From positions 1,116,001 through 1,180,000 of the forward strand of contig OZ287076.1 of NCBI GenBank assembly GCA_965645245.1: a stretch of 64,000 nt of DNA. The letters are read 5' to 3'. Source of the stretch: Massalongia carnosa (lineage: Eukaryota). The notes beneath the pieces are model-generated. The model searched no databases, was not told the DNA's origin, and saw nothing but the letters and a program-made list of their open reading frames with translations. A program made the translations under genes and the position numbers. This document shows, in pieces, positions 36,509 through 50,800 of the stretch; the stretch's first letter is position 1; every line of letters begins with the position of its first letter.

Positions 36509-39397
36509 ATGCCTCTACCCATAAATACCTCACCGCCTGAACAAATGGCAAAAGTGAGCAAAGCCGTATAGGCATTGCTGTAACCCTCAAAGCCTTAGGG
36601 ACGACATTGTTGACCTAGATTAGCCTCTTTTACCCCCATTCACCACACCGAACACAGATTCATGGGAAGCTACTTCCAATGGTTTATCAATTATAGGCCC
36701 AGAAGAGGGCCAAGGTGTATCTCTTAATATTACGAATGATCTTCCAGAAAATCCAGATCTTGAGATTGATTTACCTGACTCAGACGAGGAATATCAACCT
36801 TCTCGAAAGCCAGTCCAATCCTTACGGAAGGGGAAAAAGGGTAAGAAAGGCAAACCGCAGAAAGAATTCAGTGTGGAGTATCCTTCGCCCATTCATCTCT
36901 CACCCTCATCCTTGCAATTTTCATTTGACATGTCTACCAGTGTTGTGGGCCGATTGGCCCCCCGAGAACAGCTCTTCTGTCCGTTGATAGCTGTCACAAA
37001 GTTCCCATACAAATACGTCAGAAAAGAAGATTCGGACAAGGTTTCAAAGGCCTACTTTGCCGAAGGGAAGTTCTGGGCCAGGGGTTGGACAGTGTAAGTA
37101 TTGAACATTCCAACAGGCTGAACCATGATTATCATCCGTAATCTTTTCGTCTGTTCGCATGGCTTTAATCCAAGTGTGAGATAGGGAAGTATCCACTGCA
37201 ACTGTTTTCTTTCCCCCCCTCTCTTGAGCATTATTGTCCTATACGTATTTCGTTCTCAGACACGAGGAGAGGAATAGGAAAAAATCAAGGATAAGTAATA
37301 GCTTCTAGCTGACCTATCTCCAGGTTTTATATACATACCTTGCTTCAATCATACTCTAAGCCTTTGATTGTTGTACCGGCTTCTGAAGTGGAGTCTTTAC
37401 TATTTGAGATCAATGATACGCTAAAGCTGCATCTTGGCTTCCCACACCCAAGCATTGAACCTGGTTTCTTGCTTCGTTTTCTTGAAGAAGGAAGTCCTTG
37501 CCCTAGATACCTAAGTCGCGTAGTTACGAAGGGCGAGCTGGAAACAATGGAAAAGAAGATTCCGGGACCTGGATTTCATGAGGATGGAGAGGATGCCCTG
37601 GATCCTTGCTCATTTCCAGCGTTCAGAGTCAAGATGGAGGCTGCCATTCAAACAGGCAAGAATCGATCAAAAGTATCCAAGGAAAAGAGGAAAAAGGAGC
37701 GAATAATCTTGAAAGGAAGTTGGTGCGCTCAACTAAAAAGAGCCCAGCGTTACCTTGGCATCAGACCCGAGTGGAGTGCACTGATAAATCCGCATTCAAT
37801 CCCAGACTTGGATTGGGATGAATTACAGGCTGCTGAGAGAGACTTCGAAAGTGCCAAGAATTTAAGGGATCGAGATATAGATATTACAAAGCCCGCCCCA
37901 AACGTGTTTCATCAAAATGTAATTTTCATATCTGTCGATGTTGAAAGCTATGAGCGAGACCGGAAAGCGATCACTGAGATTGGAATCTCCACCCTTGACA
38001 CTAATGACTTAATCAACCTACCACCTGGTGAGGGAGGTTTAGCCTGGATGAAAAGGATTCGCTCGCGACATTTCAGGGTCCGGGAGAATTCACACCTTGT
38101 GAATTCGGATTTTGTTGCTGGCTGTGCGGATAGATTTGAGAAAAAGTTTGGTAGCAGTGAGTGGATCTCAATTAATGAGGCACCCCAGGTTGTTGCTTCC
38201 TGTTTTAAGCCTCCTTTTTCTTCTCCCCTCCCCGTCACTGATCCGAAAGGGGGTCTTCCTGGCTCCGATTATCGTCAGCCACCATGTCAATCAAACAGTG
38301 TTCTACGATCCCCGTCATTTAGTACTGAAAGCGATGACGACGGATTACCGAAACGCAACATTATCCTTGTAGGGCATGATGTTAAGGCCGATATTGATTA
38401 CCTACGTAGCATTGGCTACGACTTGAGCAATCTATCTAATATCCTAGAGGCTGTTGATACCGCGGATTTATTTCGGGCTTTGAGACATGAACAGCAGTCT
38501 CGAAGTCTTGGGGGTGTACTTCTCGAACTGAACTTGGTCGGCTGGAATCTCCATAATGCTGTAAGTAGGATTCTTTCCACACCTTAGGAAGTCTTCCGCA
38601 CTTCTACCAGCTTTTTGCTCCCATGAGCCGCAAATCCCCACCTTTTATTAAATCTTGCTAATAATGGTATATACCACCAATAGGGTAATGATGCGGCTTA
38701 CACTCTCCAAGCCATGATAGGTATATCCTTTAAAGGCTTACAAAATAGTCGCGATCGCCGAGCTAAAATAGCTGGAGAGGAAGCAGCTCGGCAGGAGAAC
38801 GCAGCAAGAGATGCTCGGGAGCATGTTATACAAGAGAGTCAGGAATGGGAGTTAGCGGATATCGACGAAGGCGATGGTGGGGACCCCGTGAAGCTGCTTA
38901 GGCTGGATCCGGCAAGGAACCCTCAAAACGGGAGCTCCAAGGTAAATGTTGCGGAGCGTTCGGCAAAGGAGACACTGAACGCAAATAAGAATAAAGAGCA
39001 AGAGCCGGCGGCAAAAATAGAGATTGCGAATGTTTCTTCTCGTTCCCGGAAAAACGGAATTCTATCATCGGGGGACGAAGGAACTCTGGTCTCGCCCGGT
39101 CAGAAGAAAAAGCCCGCGGGCTATGAAATAGCAACCCAATCCTATCAAGTTCGTGGGGAATCAACTGATCGTATCGGCGACGACCCCAAACTTGGACCGG
39201 ACGAAGTGAACAAAATAATTACGAAAGGGGCGGGCCACGAGGAACTCGACATACTAATAACCAAGCAGGGTATGGCCTCGGTGTCTGTCGATGAGAGCAA
39301 TGGCGAAGATATTGGTGCTGTCCCAATCTACCTACTTGATCGCTTGGCTCTGCTAGAGGCCATGGACATGGACGAGGATGGGGGCGTAAAGTTGTGA
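36509..39397 (+). CDS. qip: QIP/Gfd2-like DEDDh 3'-5' exonuclease (QDE-2-interacting protein homologue)
   Basis: N-terminal block FCPLIAVTKFPYKYV...GKFWARGW. Exonuclease motifs ISVDVESYE..ITEIG, LVGHDVKAD and LHNA|GNDAAYTLQA. Introns at ~36554-36623, ~37094-37323 and ~38561-38683. The start is approximate. Confidence 0.75.
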
Positions 39398-39713
39398 TTC
39401 TGACCATGAAGAGTTGAATGAGATTTCGGTCGACTCGTCAGCGCTTCGAGTTGCAGGCTTGATAAACAAATTTTATCTAGTTTTTTAGCACCTCGATAAA
39501 TGCAATGCTTAGATTTTGTTTTGGAAGTTCCCGTTGTGTAGTTGTGGTATTCTCTGTATTGAAACTGGAAAGCGTTCTCTTAAGGTTTTTGGTCGTCTTT
39601 GCGTAAACCTCAATACTATTCAGGTTTAGTAGGTACCTTGTACATAACTAAGGTATGTAGTTTAATATAGAACATCACCAACCTCACAAAATAACCGAGA
39701 CAATCAAGTTTGA

Positions 39714-41294
39714 ATGAGAAATACGATAAAGATGCAAGTGCATTTGAAATCCCCAGCTCCATCTTCGAGCAGCGAAACTTCTAGTAAATCGGATTCTGCT
39801 TCATATGTTGAAAGGCTAACGGCTTCGGCACGAAAGAGGCGGAGATTATCGCCTGAAGATGTATCAAAACCGAGCAGCGTCCACCCAGTACAACCCTTGA
39901 TTTCCCGAGTCACACCCCGTGCATTGGCTGCTACTTCACAACCTTTACCTTTGATTGAAAATCCAGTCGTGAGCAATGGCAAATTGGTCGACGGAAACGC
40001 AAGCTTTGCTTCTCTTGATGTATCGCCGTGGCTCCTCGCGTCCTTGGCCGCTATGGCGATCAAAAGACCTACCGCAATTCAGAAGGGCTGTATTCCTGCA
40101 ATACTAGAGGGTAAGGATGTGATAGGAGGAAGTAGGACTGGATCTGGGAAGACGGTGGCATTTGCGGTTCCGATTTTGCAGTTATGGGCACAAGACCCTG
40201 TGGGTATTTTTGCTGTCATTCTTACGCCAACGAGAGAGCTTGCTTTACAAATATACGAGCAAGTTAAAGCAATTTCAGCTCCGCAATTTCTCAAACCCGT
40301 TCTTATCACCGGTGGAAGCGAAATGCGGCCACAGGCTCTCGCCCTCTCCCATCGGCCTCACGTAGTCATTGCCACTCCTGGTCGGTTAGCAGACCACATA
40401 CTCAACTCCGGTAGAGATACAATAAGTGGATTGCGCCGGACTCGGATTGTTGTCCTTGATGAGGGGGACCGATTGCTCGCTTCAGGGCCTGGCAGCATGC
40501 TTTCTGACGTCGAAACCTGCCTCTCTGCTCTTCCACCGTCACATGAGCGCCAGACATGTGTTTTCACTGCGACTTTAACGCCTGAAGTAGTGGCACTCAA
40601 ATCTCTTCCAAGGGCCAATGATCGAGCTCCTATTTTTATCTGCGAAGCTGACACTTCTGATCTGGCCATACCGTCTACTCTACACCAGACATATCTCCAA
40701 ATTCCCCTTACATACCGGGAAGCATACTTGCATATTCTACTCCTCACTGGCCGTAACGCAGCTAAGAAATCGGTCATTGTATTTTGCAACCGGACCGCGA
40801 CAGCAAACCTGCTTGAGCGGTTGCTCCGACTCTTAGACCATCGGGTCATATCACTACATTCGCTACTCCCGCAGTATGATCGAACATCTAACCTTGCAAG
40901 ATTTCGAGCTTCAGCTGCACGCATATTGGTTGCGACGGATGTTGCGAGTAGAGGTCTTGACATTCCCGAGGTGGAGCTTGTTATCAACTATGACGTGCCC
41001 AGGAATCCAGACGATTACGTCCATCGAGTGGGACGTACGGCACGTGCAGGGAGAAAGGGCGAGGCCATTACTCTAGTAGGGCAGCGAGACGTTGCGTTAT
41101 TCCTTGCTATTGAAGCACGCGTAGGGCAAAAGATGGGAGCATTTGAAGAGGAGGGGGTTAACATTGAGACTCGGGTTATCAGGGATGGCCTCAAGGATGT
41201 TGGGCTAAGAAAGAGAGAAGTCCTTTTGGCAATTGATGAGGGGAGGGATGTCAAAGGAAATCGTACCAGGGGCAAAGTACGGAGGCTGGAGTAG
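39714..41294 (+). CDS. dbp8: DEAD-box RNA helicase Dbp8 (18S rRNA processing)
   Basis: Q motif PTAIQ, then [43 protein letters not shown] and [12 protein letters not shown]. Single exon. Confidence 0.85.
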   Translation: MRNTIKMQVHLKSPAPSSSSETSSKSDSASYVERLTASARKRRRLSPEDVSKPSSVHPVQPLISRVTPRALAATSQPLPLIENPVVSNGKLVDGNASFASLDVSPWLLASLAAMAIKRPTAIQKGCIPAILEGKDVIGGSRTGSGKTVAFAVPILQLWAQDPVGIFAVILTPTRELALQIYEQVKAISAPQFLKPVLITGGSEMRPQALALSHRPHVVIATPGRLADHILNSGRDTISGLRRTRIVVLDEGDRLLASGPGSMLSDVETCLSALPPSHERQTCVFTATLTPEVVALKSLPRANDRAPIFICEADTSDLAIPSTLHQTYLQIPLTYREAYLHILLLTGRNAAKKSVIVFCNRTATANLLERLLRLLDHRVISLHSLLPQYDRTSNLARFRASAARILVATDVASRGLDIPEVELVINYDVPRNPDDYVHRVGRTARAGRKGEAITLVGQRDVALFLAIEARVGQKMGAFEEEGVNIETRVIRDGLKDVGLRKREVLLAIDEGRDVKGNRTRGKVRRLE

Positions 41295-42066
41295 CAAAGA
41301 CATTCCTAAAGGTCAGAGGGCGGAAACGCCATGAAATAGCAGGGTTGTAGCAGTTATTTTATGAATGGGAATTAGGTGTAGCATGCGAGTATACTCAGTA
41401 CTCGTGCAGAGAACAGTTAGCATATGTGTTGTGTTGAACGAGGAATAGCTAATCAGAATGTACGTTGTCCCACAGAGTCAGTTTTCATGTGAATTATAAA
41501 TTCATCAGGAAAGCCCGTGACATCTATGGCGTTTTCGGCTCGTCTTGGTACTGTACCTGCGCACATCCTTTCTGAGGACGTGCTCTCCATTTCAGAGATA
41601 TATGTGGTCGCCATAACTATCAGCAAGTTCCAGTGCAGAATAAAGTGCTTCATACTTAAGGTATGTAGCTATCGTTCATTCCGATTCGAGTTGCATATGT
41701 GGGATTGACCGCGTATAGCACGCGTTTCACTTCTTCGTGCAAATAATACCAAATACCAGCTCAGCTCTCACTAGTTGTTGAATGAAGTATATCTCTGCAG
41801 ATCGGACGCAGCCGCCAGCGGTACCTGTTAATACCGACTGTTCAATCGGCAGAGTGTTTCTGATCTGTCCAGGCAGGTCGTCGGCCGCACTAATTGTGCA
41901 TAAATATCGATTAGCTGTGACGTACGCCACAATCTGATTGCGCCGCAAACTGTCAACAACTCCCCAGTTTGCACCTGACAAAGCCCCATCCTCCTGATCG
42001 CTATCAGCAACAAGCTTACCACTTGATCATTTCACACGAAACTGTGGACTTCAAAGTTGGAGCACA

Positions 42067-44309
42067 ATGCCCTCGACATCCAAACGTAAGCGGATAGCCG
42101 CAAAACGCAAGGCTTCGGAGGTGGATGTTCCTGATTCTTCTCCATCCGACTCTGCCGCGAAGAAGCGAAGGGTAATTTTATATATCTCAGATGCTGTTGG
42201 GTCCGAAATGCTTCTCTGACGAATGTTCTAGACCAATCCTTCTCTCCCGGAGCCATTTCGTCCAGACAGCGCCGAGGTTGAATTAACTCATAATGATGAG
42301 GAATCCGATGATACTACCAGCAATGCGGAGATGCAAGAGCTTGCCGATGCTATCATACCACATTTGGCTGTTTGCCGTGAACCTATCGCAGCCGTGAAGG
42401 ACTGGTCCAATAATCATATCGGAAGGAGTTTCGGAACCGGCGTAGCTGCTTACGCAAAGGTGTGCGGTAGGGAATGGACATACTATGTCCAGCAGCTGCA
42501 CGTCAACATTGGAAGACCTTTAGATGCGCCATCTCGACCAAGCGCAGGGGTCGGTTCAGATTCCAGCCCCAAGCTGGCGCTCAACGAGTCGGCTTCTATC
42601 CATATTGATCTTGGTCCGAGCAAGGTAATTTCAAGACTGCATGCCGAGCTTTTCTACAACCAGGATGATAACAAATGGCATGTTCTCGTAAATGGCCGTA
42701 ATGGGATGAGAGTAAACGATCTAGCGCTTCGGCGGGGAGAGCGAACTCAAGTCAACAGCGGAGATATATTGGAGATTGCAGGAACTCAGATGATGTTTGT
42801 GACAGCCTCAGGTAGAGCTGTGATTCACCCAATATTCATTGAAAAGCTTCGCAACGAGATCCTGGACGATCCGGAGCCGATCGTTAAAGAAAATCTGCCT
42901 CTTTCCCAGCCGGAAATTTTGGGCCAGCGCAATGGGCAACCTTTGTCTCGACCCCAATCGGCGACAAAAGCCCGTGTCCGTGGGCAGGCAGTACTTGCTC
43001 CAGCTCCTCCGAACCCCGTACGTTTGACTACTCCGGCACGGTCTCCCAGGAAGCCTGCCCCCCCGGGATTTGGAGCCCAGCGATCCCCTGCGCTTGGGCG
43101 TGGGATTGTCATGGAGTCCAGCGAGCTGATTGACTACAGTTTAGATGTAGCGAAGGATCTGAAGCCTCCATTGAGTTACGCTACCATGATCTCACAAGCT
43201 ATCCTGTCTACACCAGAACAACATCTTTCGCTAAAGGGGATCTACGAGTGGATATCTGCAAACTTCGCATATTATCGCTTTTTACAAGCTAACTGGCAGG
43301 TATGTCATATATCCATCCACTGATTCAGATAAACTCCTAAGGTTTTTCGACTAATGATCTATAGAACTCAATTCGCCATAATCTGTCTTTGAACGCGGCG
43401 TTCAAGAAATTAGCGCGAGGTACCAACGAGCCGGGGAAAGGGTCCAATTGGTGTATTAACCCCGAGAAAAGAGAAGAGCTCCTGGCCGCTGCCCAGAAAC
43501 AACTTAATAAACTTGGGGCTCGACGCTCTTCGGCTGCAAGCTCTCCGGCTGTAAAGGATCATTTCGTTAATCATGCTCCCAGCAGCAGACAGTCAATTGT
43601 CCTTGGACGTAATAGTGAGGTTAAGGTGTCTCCAATAGATCTCACTCCTCCTCTGGCCTCATACCCACCAACGGCTCAAGAATCCTACACTCCCTCGCGT
43701 GGACCCCATATCGGTTCCTACGAAAATCGCCAAGCCTTGCCCGTGCTCTCCGATAATCCTTCTCCACTACCGCACCGTTTTCCTTCCGATCGCACCGTAG
43801 CAGCAACAGCATCATCTCCAACGCTAACTTCTGGAGGCTGGATGCATGATAATCAACCTATGATGACACCTGCGCCTCGGCCTCACAACCTTAACTTGCC
43901 ACTGCCAAACACGGCAAAACTGCCAACCAGTCATATGCCTGACAGCAGTCCTGCGCCCTTCTGGAAATACCAAGATCAACCTCTCAGCACCCCTGCTGGT
44001 GGACACGTATGGCCCGAGCTTAGTCCATTGAAAGCTGGTGGGGTTGGGAGCAGTAGTCCTCCACTTGAGGCGATTCATGGCAATGAGAGTCCAACTGGAA
44101 AGCGAGTGATGGCAGTATCACGCGCAGAAAGGATTATTGGGGTTGAAGATGAGGATGGAGGCATCGACCTTGCAAGGTGAGTCCTCAAACAATCTAGTGT
44201 TCTCAAAATAATATAGATATCTGACAACTTTCACAAAAGGGGGTTTCCGAACATTAGCACCTATCACCATCATCGAAGCAATGCCGCATCCAGCCACGTA
44301 ACATCCTAG
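42067..44309 (+). CDS. fkh2: FHA plus forkhead transcription factor (Fkh1/Fkh2-like)
   Basis: FHA motifs [30 protein letters not shown] and GRNG. Forkhead motif [14 protein letters not shown]...[13 protein letters not shown]...EPGKG. Introns at ~42172-42231, 43300-43364 and 44177-44239. Confidence 0.88.
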
Positions 44310-45617
44310 GTTGAGATTATGGAACTCTTAAAATCAAGGTCCCGTTTTCGTAATTTCTTAACTCCTAGAAGCCTCGAAGCTCACTCATTTCACAATCATT
44401 CTATCCATGGGTCTAGGATCTTCAGATGGTCTCTTCTTCGTTGCATATCGTTAGGAATTTCTCTTCATCATGTACATGTTCCCGATTTCTTTTGCTTCTT
44501 GTGCCTTCATAGATGTTTCGCACCCCGAAAACGAACCAGAAGGACTTACTGGAAATATAATTAAAAGAGCTGCCTTTTGAGCTTCAATATGTTTTGCAAA
44601 TATGATTACATGGGGAAAACTGATCGAGAGTTTTAATATACTCGGGAAAGATAAGGTATGCTACAATGGATCTTGCATGGAACTAAATTTCTCAAAATAG
44701 TATTCTTCTTCTTTCCAGAAAATAACAATAATAAAGAGCCTGACTTATTGAAACTTAGAACATACCGGCTGATCTTAACGATTCATCTCATCCTAGCGTC
44801 TCTTTTTTCTCATTGTCTGTTTGACCATTCGACAACCCATTCTCTTCTTCCCGTTCACATTTTCTGTCAAACCATCCATGTACCTCCCTATGGCGATTCC
44901 CCTCCAGGACATGACACCTTTAAGGTTATGTTTACCAGCACAAACAGGAAACGCATGTGGTCACCACAGTTCGGTGTAAGGTGTTACTAGATATGTATAT
45001 TTGTGGATTTTCTATCAAAGGGGGGGGAGGGTTGGGGGTTTTGGCGGTAATGGAATGAACAGCGAAGCTGTAGTTAACGATTTCTTTTCCTTACTGCCGC
45101 TCGCAGCTGTGCTAATTTACGTTTTTCGTTACCTGTCCTATTTTTGAATACAAAATACCCATGTACAAACTTTGAGCAGGAGCCCCTCCCTTAGCTCACC
45201 TTGACCTTGCTTAGTCAAAGAAGGCTCTTCTTCCCACCAAGTTTCCTTTCCCGCTTGAATTCCCCCAACCTCCCCAGATTTTCCCGGCTCTTCCTGACTC
45301 CCACTTGCCTTTCCCTCCTTTCTCGAATTCGTAAATTACTATAAAGGGAGTGATAATAATACCAAAAGGGGCAGAAGAGAACTAAAGGGTTGCATGGGAA
45401 GGGGAGGGATCTTGAGCAAGTAGATTTAAATGGAGCAACGATATGTCAAGGGAGAGGCGGGATAAATGGTCAAGGCGAGGGTTCCTAAGAAAAACGCTTT
45501 GATTATTTATTGCTAGCTACCAAAGGGCAAAGCGACAGCTATATTTTCAAACTATCCTAAGGAAACGAAAAGAAAAAAGACCCGTCCCGCCTTATCCAAC
45601 CCCCATTCCGTCTTTCC

Positions 45618-46009
45618 TTAAAACTTTCGCCAAAAAGGTAGCGTCTTCAACGACTCCTTGAATACGCGAAAAGGACCCAAATCGTTGCGGTTGATGGCGT
45701 CGTCAACCGCCTCCTCCAGCACGTGCAAGAGCGTGGTCTTGGTCCACGCGTCGTTGACCATGGTGAAATCGATCCCAATGCCGCGCGGGATGTTGTCGAT
45801 GAGCGCCTCGCAGATATCCAGCGGGGTTTCCCCCAACACAAGTTCCGTCTCCCAGCAGGGCACGGCGTGGCACATCTCGACCTCCAGTTTGCGGACGGGA
45901 TCGGGAAAGTCGGTGCGGTAGGAAAGTCTGGGTCGGGCCCCACGAAATAGAGGTACCATCCCCGGGTGTTACCGTCGTGACCGCGATGAGCCTTCCATTG
46001 ACAGCCCCC
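45618..46009 (-). other. Small GC3-rich orphan gene or gene fragment, possibly frameshifted
   Basis: Locally GC-rich with codon-like third-position bias. An acceptor-like CTAATTCCTACCAG ends at 46010. The frame CQWKAHRGHDGNTRGWYLYFVGPDPDF joins YRTDFPDPVRKLEVEMCHAVPCWETEL... if one base is restored near 45924. No family recognised. Confidence 0.4.
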
Positions 46010-47199
46010 CTGGTAGGAATTAGAATAAAAATTTTGTACCACAATCGATGTTTTAATTCAAGTGTAGACTCCAATCCATTGAAGAGCCGTCAAGTGAAAT
46101 TGACTGAAAAAGAGAAGAGAAAGTGCATCCGGCATAGAATTTTACCCATGGCGATTGTAACTAAGTTTTTCCTGTGAGTCATGATCTGGGCTAAGTATTA
46201 GTGTCAAAACGTAATCTTTCCAAGAGAAGGAACCACTCCAGGATCTATGGTAGCTGGGATATATGATAAAAGTTTTGAAGTACTGAAAATACCGAGGGAA
46301 TCCGCTTCGTCCCAACAATCACCTCGTCAGGCAGCCACAATCAAAGCAAATAAGTTCCCTCTTGTCAAATACTTTTGAGAAGAAAATGGGGCGTGATTCG
46401 ATTCAAGAATCGGATTTCCAAAGTGAAGGCTTAACAGGCGGAGAAAGCTCGAGAAAATTTATAGTTTCTCCTTGGGATTCGTGGTGGATATTGACTTGCT
46501 TGATCTTTCAGTAGCGATGGCATCCCTTTACACGGGCAATCTGAGAAAGAGGACCCTGGATTACAAGATCTTCTGGTTTGGAGGAAGCATCATAACCCTT
46601 ATAAGAGGTAAAAGGAGTCACCTTGGCGCAGCATTTATGAGTGACATTACTGAAAATCTATTTCTGAACTTGAAATGTAGTTGAAAAATAGAAAATTTTG
46701 ACTGGGCAGAAGAAGGCGAGTTGAGCATGCTGTGTTGTCAGAACAGCACTTCCGGCAGCCATATGGAAACACTAGAACAGTCCCAGCCCCCCTAGAAATG
46801 CCCGGAGAAAATTGCTCTAACCAAAGCTTTTTCTCCCCCGACATTTTCACTTCGTAAGCTTTAGAAACCACAATACGGCCCCGGGTACGAGATAATGAAA
46901 CCACTTTCAGATCGGATAAGCCCACAATTCGCAGCCTCAACCCATGAGCAGGGAATATCTCATATCTTGGTTTGACTAGGAATCCGAACTGGCTAAAAGC
47001 ACGGGCGTTTTCATCACCATGGGGGGGATGATAGATTGTCCAGCTGGCCCCTGTTGGCGCTGTTTGCTCGAACTTTATGCTCTTAGTAATTATCTAACAT
47101 CGGGGGCAAAGCATGGAACTGCAAATGGTATAGAAGTTGAACTGGACTCGAAACTGGGAATGAAGAGCCTTGGTACCATCGCCTTTGATAGGGTTCTGG

Positions 47200-47860
47200 T
47201 GAAGACGGATACATGCCTATACTCAAGTTCATGCAGATTTTCTACTGAGCATGTGTGAGTACAGAGCTTTTTCTTTACCCATCCAATTCAGATCCACTCT
47301 TTATCCACATCACATCTCTATCCTTCAGCCTACTCCTTTTTACCGACCAGCGAGAAACTTAGATTCCAATTATTGGTTGTACATCCTAAATCGCAACCTT
47401 GTTCCTGTGCTTTCAGCTCCGCGTCATTGCGACCGGCCAGGATAGAGGATAGGCTGAGTGGGTTGATCACTGGATTGCGACCAAGGGGTTTGAAACCTTC
47501 AAGGGCAGGTGTAGCTCGCTGTCTGCAAACCGAGCTGCTCAAGTCAGTGAACTTAGAGAACCGCATGTTGTTAGACATCTTCTCTCCGCGTTCCCATTTC
47601 TCATATTGCCTCCGCCTATCGTCTTTGAAGCAGAGTCGTTCTGCTGGCTGTCAGTAGCTGTCTACTAGCCTCTTGATCCTAATCAGCTATTGGTTCTCAG
47701 CAGACCACTGAGTGTAGGGAGCTGCCTCTGTCGTGGCTATTATGCACCCAAGGAAGTTGTTCCCCAGAAGACGCTAACCTGTTTTTACAGGTCGCCCTAT
47801 CACATAAAAATCTCTCCTCTAGTGATAAATTTACCTATGGCGTGGACTTAGTTAACTGAG
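47200..47860 (+). pseudogene. Decayed GST-zeta / maleylacetoacetate isomerase-like relic (tentative)
   Basis: Fragments LYSSSCR (~47217), QLRVIA...AEWVDHWIATKGFETF (47414-47500, with an internal stop) and YGVDL (47836-47850) occur in the order expected for zeta-class GSTs. Confidence 0.3.
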
Positions 47861-50800
47861 GACTCCTTTCCATCGGAATTTTCCTGGTGTGAGCTTCTTC
47901 CTGATCCGACAGTACGCTAGCATGTCGCTAGTGAACTGGTTCATTCAATATTTCTTTTTCATCATTCTAGCAGCCTCTGTGAAGCATGTTCGCTTTTCAC
48001 CTAGAGTGCTGAGTGATCACTTTATCACTTGAGCATGCTTTCCGTGCAAATTTCCTCTAAAAAGAACCTAATTTATCCTGATAATGACCAGCAATGAACC
48101 CCTTGGACTTTTCGCCCGCTAAAAGGCTCCTAGCATTTTGCAAATGTACTCTTCCCATGAATTGGACCAGAATCCAGTATGCTACCGATGCTCGGGAATG
48201 TTCTTTACATTTCCCTCGGTCTATGGCCATTCTAGCCTGTTGGTGGTGAACTCTTCCTATGAATTGAACCAAGTCTATCACCCTAGAAACTTTTGGTGAA
48301 GAGTTCTCACCAATCAGATAACCCTTTATTAGTATCACATCCTTTTTCAATATCGGCACTTCCAGTTCCTTCACTCATAGCTGCTGCCTGTTAATTTCCT
48401 TCTTGGGTATTTTTATACACCACTTTCCTCCCAGGTTTTTCTCTTCCTTTCATATTCAATCTTCTATCATCCCCTCTCTCCATCTTCTTTCTTCCATTCT
48501 TTCTATTTACCCTCATCTATTTCTATACATATATAAAATGGGGTTAATATCCTGCCCACGCCAAGTATGTCATTGAAGCCTCGCCCTCTGAATGAATATA
48601 TTTGCTGACATCCTCCTTGATCATAGGGGTTGAGAACTCGGTGAGTTCTACTAGATTTCATCTAAGAAATCTTATATATTGTTTTGATCTATAAGGGCAA
48701 CATATCCAACAGCTGTGTTGTAGATCTACTGATTCGAGCCGTGATCAATAATGGTAGAGATCTAATACTCGAGTAAATGTAATAGTCTTCATCAAGTTGT
48801 TCCTTTCGAACATTACGGAGTTTGTACAAACGAGGCCCGAAAGAACGACATACAATGTGCAATGTCCTTATATAGAGGTTACAGAGTTTCCTTGTCATAT
48901 TGTGTTATATTTTATCTTGTTAAGTTGTCTTGAACACACAAATCTTTTTTCCGAGATCGACAGGACCGCAAACGACATGCCTAATCAGCTATTCTCAATT
49001 TTTTGGCCCAAACATGTGTCTCTTTCAGTTATGGATTCTCTAATGGCGACCGGCTCCTAAATGCCAAAATTCTTTAGTCCACTACACTAGAGGGTAGGTG
49101 TTATAGGCGTTCTCCCTACTCGTGGTTCTTTTTAAATGTGCTATGAACTTACACTCGGATGCTTGGTTGATCACGCCTCTACTGCGAAATATTTATCGCC
49201 TTATCTGGAAGGCATTAGATCTGAGGAGCTGTACTGGCTATATATAAGCTGATAGATATAGTCTCTAACCTTTATTCTGAAACCAAGGACATACCGGAGC
49301 CATAGCGGATAGACCGTGTGCAGGAGACGATTGCATGAGGGCCTTTCCTGTTCTGAGATTCTGTCGGGGGCGATCGATCCGAGGGACATAAGAAGTCCAT
49401 GTGCAGGAATCCTGTATATTGCCTTTCGGTATGACAGTTTCGATTTACTGTGAGAGCCTCTACTATGAAGTCTCTGATTTGAAGGATGCTTTTTTTACAA
49501 GCACTAAAAAACTTCAGATGCTGAGATTATTGGAAGCTGCAACAAGTTTTCGGTTTTGAGGATGCTACAACAGATGCTCACAACGTGATTTTCGTGGCTA
49601 CAGCCAGGGAGAGGTCAAAGGCCGCCCCAGGCAGGGATCTCCCCGAGGTGAAGAGTCGACGATCAGTATCAAGAAACGCAAAATGGCTTCCGAAGATATC
49701 TGCAACTGTTATACCCTCAAGTATTGGGGGACTAAGGGCTCTTTTAAACTGTAGACCAAGCCCGCCACGCTTGTGGACAAGGCATGCAGATGCCATTGCC
49801 AGATTCGAGTGCCTTTAGTCGTCCCGTCTCGTGCAGTTGAAGAGGCGAAGGAGCAAGGATCGATTGATCGCTTCATGCTTCATCTTCAACCACCTTACCT
49901 GTGTATAATGGAAATGGAATTACTCTGTGGTAACGCCCTCAAGTGAAGGTTTAAATTTATCTTCATCTTGGTTTTGTCCAAGTCCATACATCGACAGAAG
50001 AGGCGGATTATTGTGTCTATCGGTTGAGATCTCTGGTAGCCATAACCAAGGGGACCTACCTCTTACGAAAGCGCCTTGATACGTAAGTACAACATATCAT
50101 ATATAATAACTTCATGTGTTGAAAAATGATGAGTTTCTCTCTTGTTCGTTGCTCAAGTTGCAGAGATGGCGCTTCAGGTCGTATGTTGCAGCTGAGATGA
50201 TGTTGCGTCTTTGCGATTCTTTCAAAGATGCTCGATGACAGTTGAACCATACGAAGGTACAAGATCGGAAAATAGTTCTTTGGATTGTTTGCCAAAGTAG
50301 AGGCACGACATAAGAGAGATAAAAGGGTTTTCCGCATTTTCATTCTACACACATTCCAAAATCGAATAACCCAAAGCTAATATAAGAAAAAGTAGAGCTT
50401 TAAATCCTATATTCTTCTTGCCCTGAGGTCGAGGGCGCCAATACCAGCCACAACTAAGCCTGACTTGTCCCTGTCGCCGTGTCTATCTTACGTGCTCAAT
50501 ACTGTATGAGCGGCTTACGAACACGAAAACCCCTTGGTACTCTTCGGTGAAAACCAAAAGCCTCAAGAATGATCGCAGAAGATAAAAGAATTCTCAAATA
50601 ACGTGGCTAATGTTCAGGACAGATAGGATTATGTCTCTGCTTTTTAGGCCGCACTCCCCCTCTAAAGCTACCAAAAGTATTTGGAAACAAGCAACGTTCC
50701 GCAGCTGCTGTTTCTATCTTACAACTGTGGCTTCCTTCTTTCAGATATGTACACAGCTTATGACCCATTAGCTATACTCAAATCGTTATATTACGTTAGA

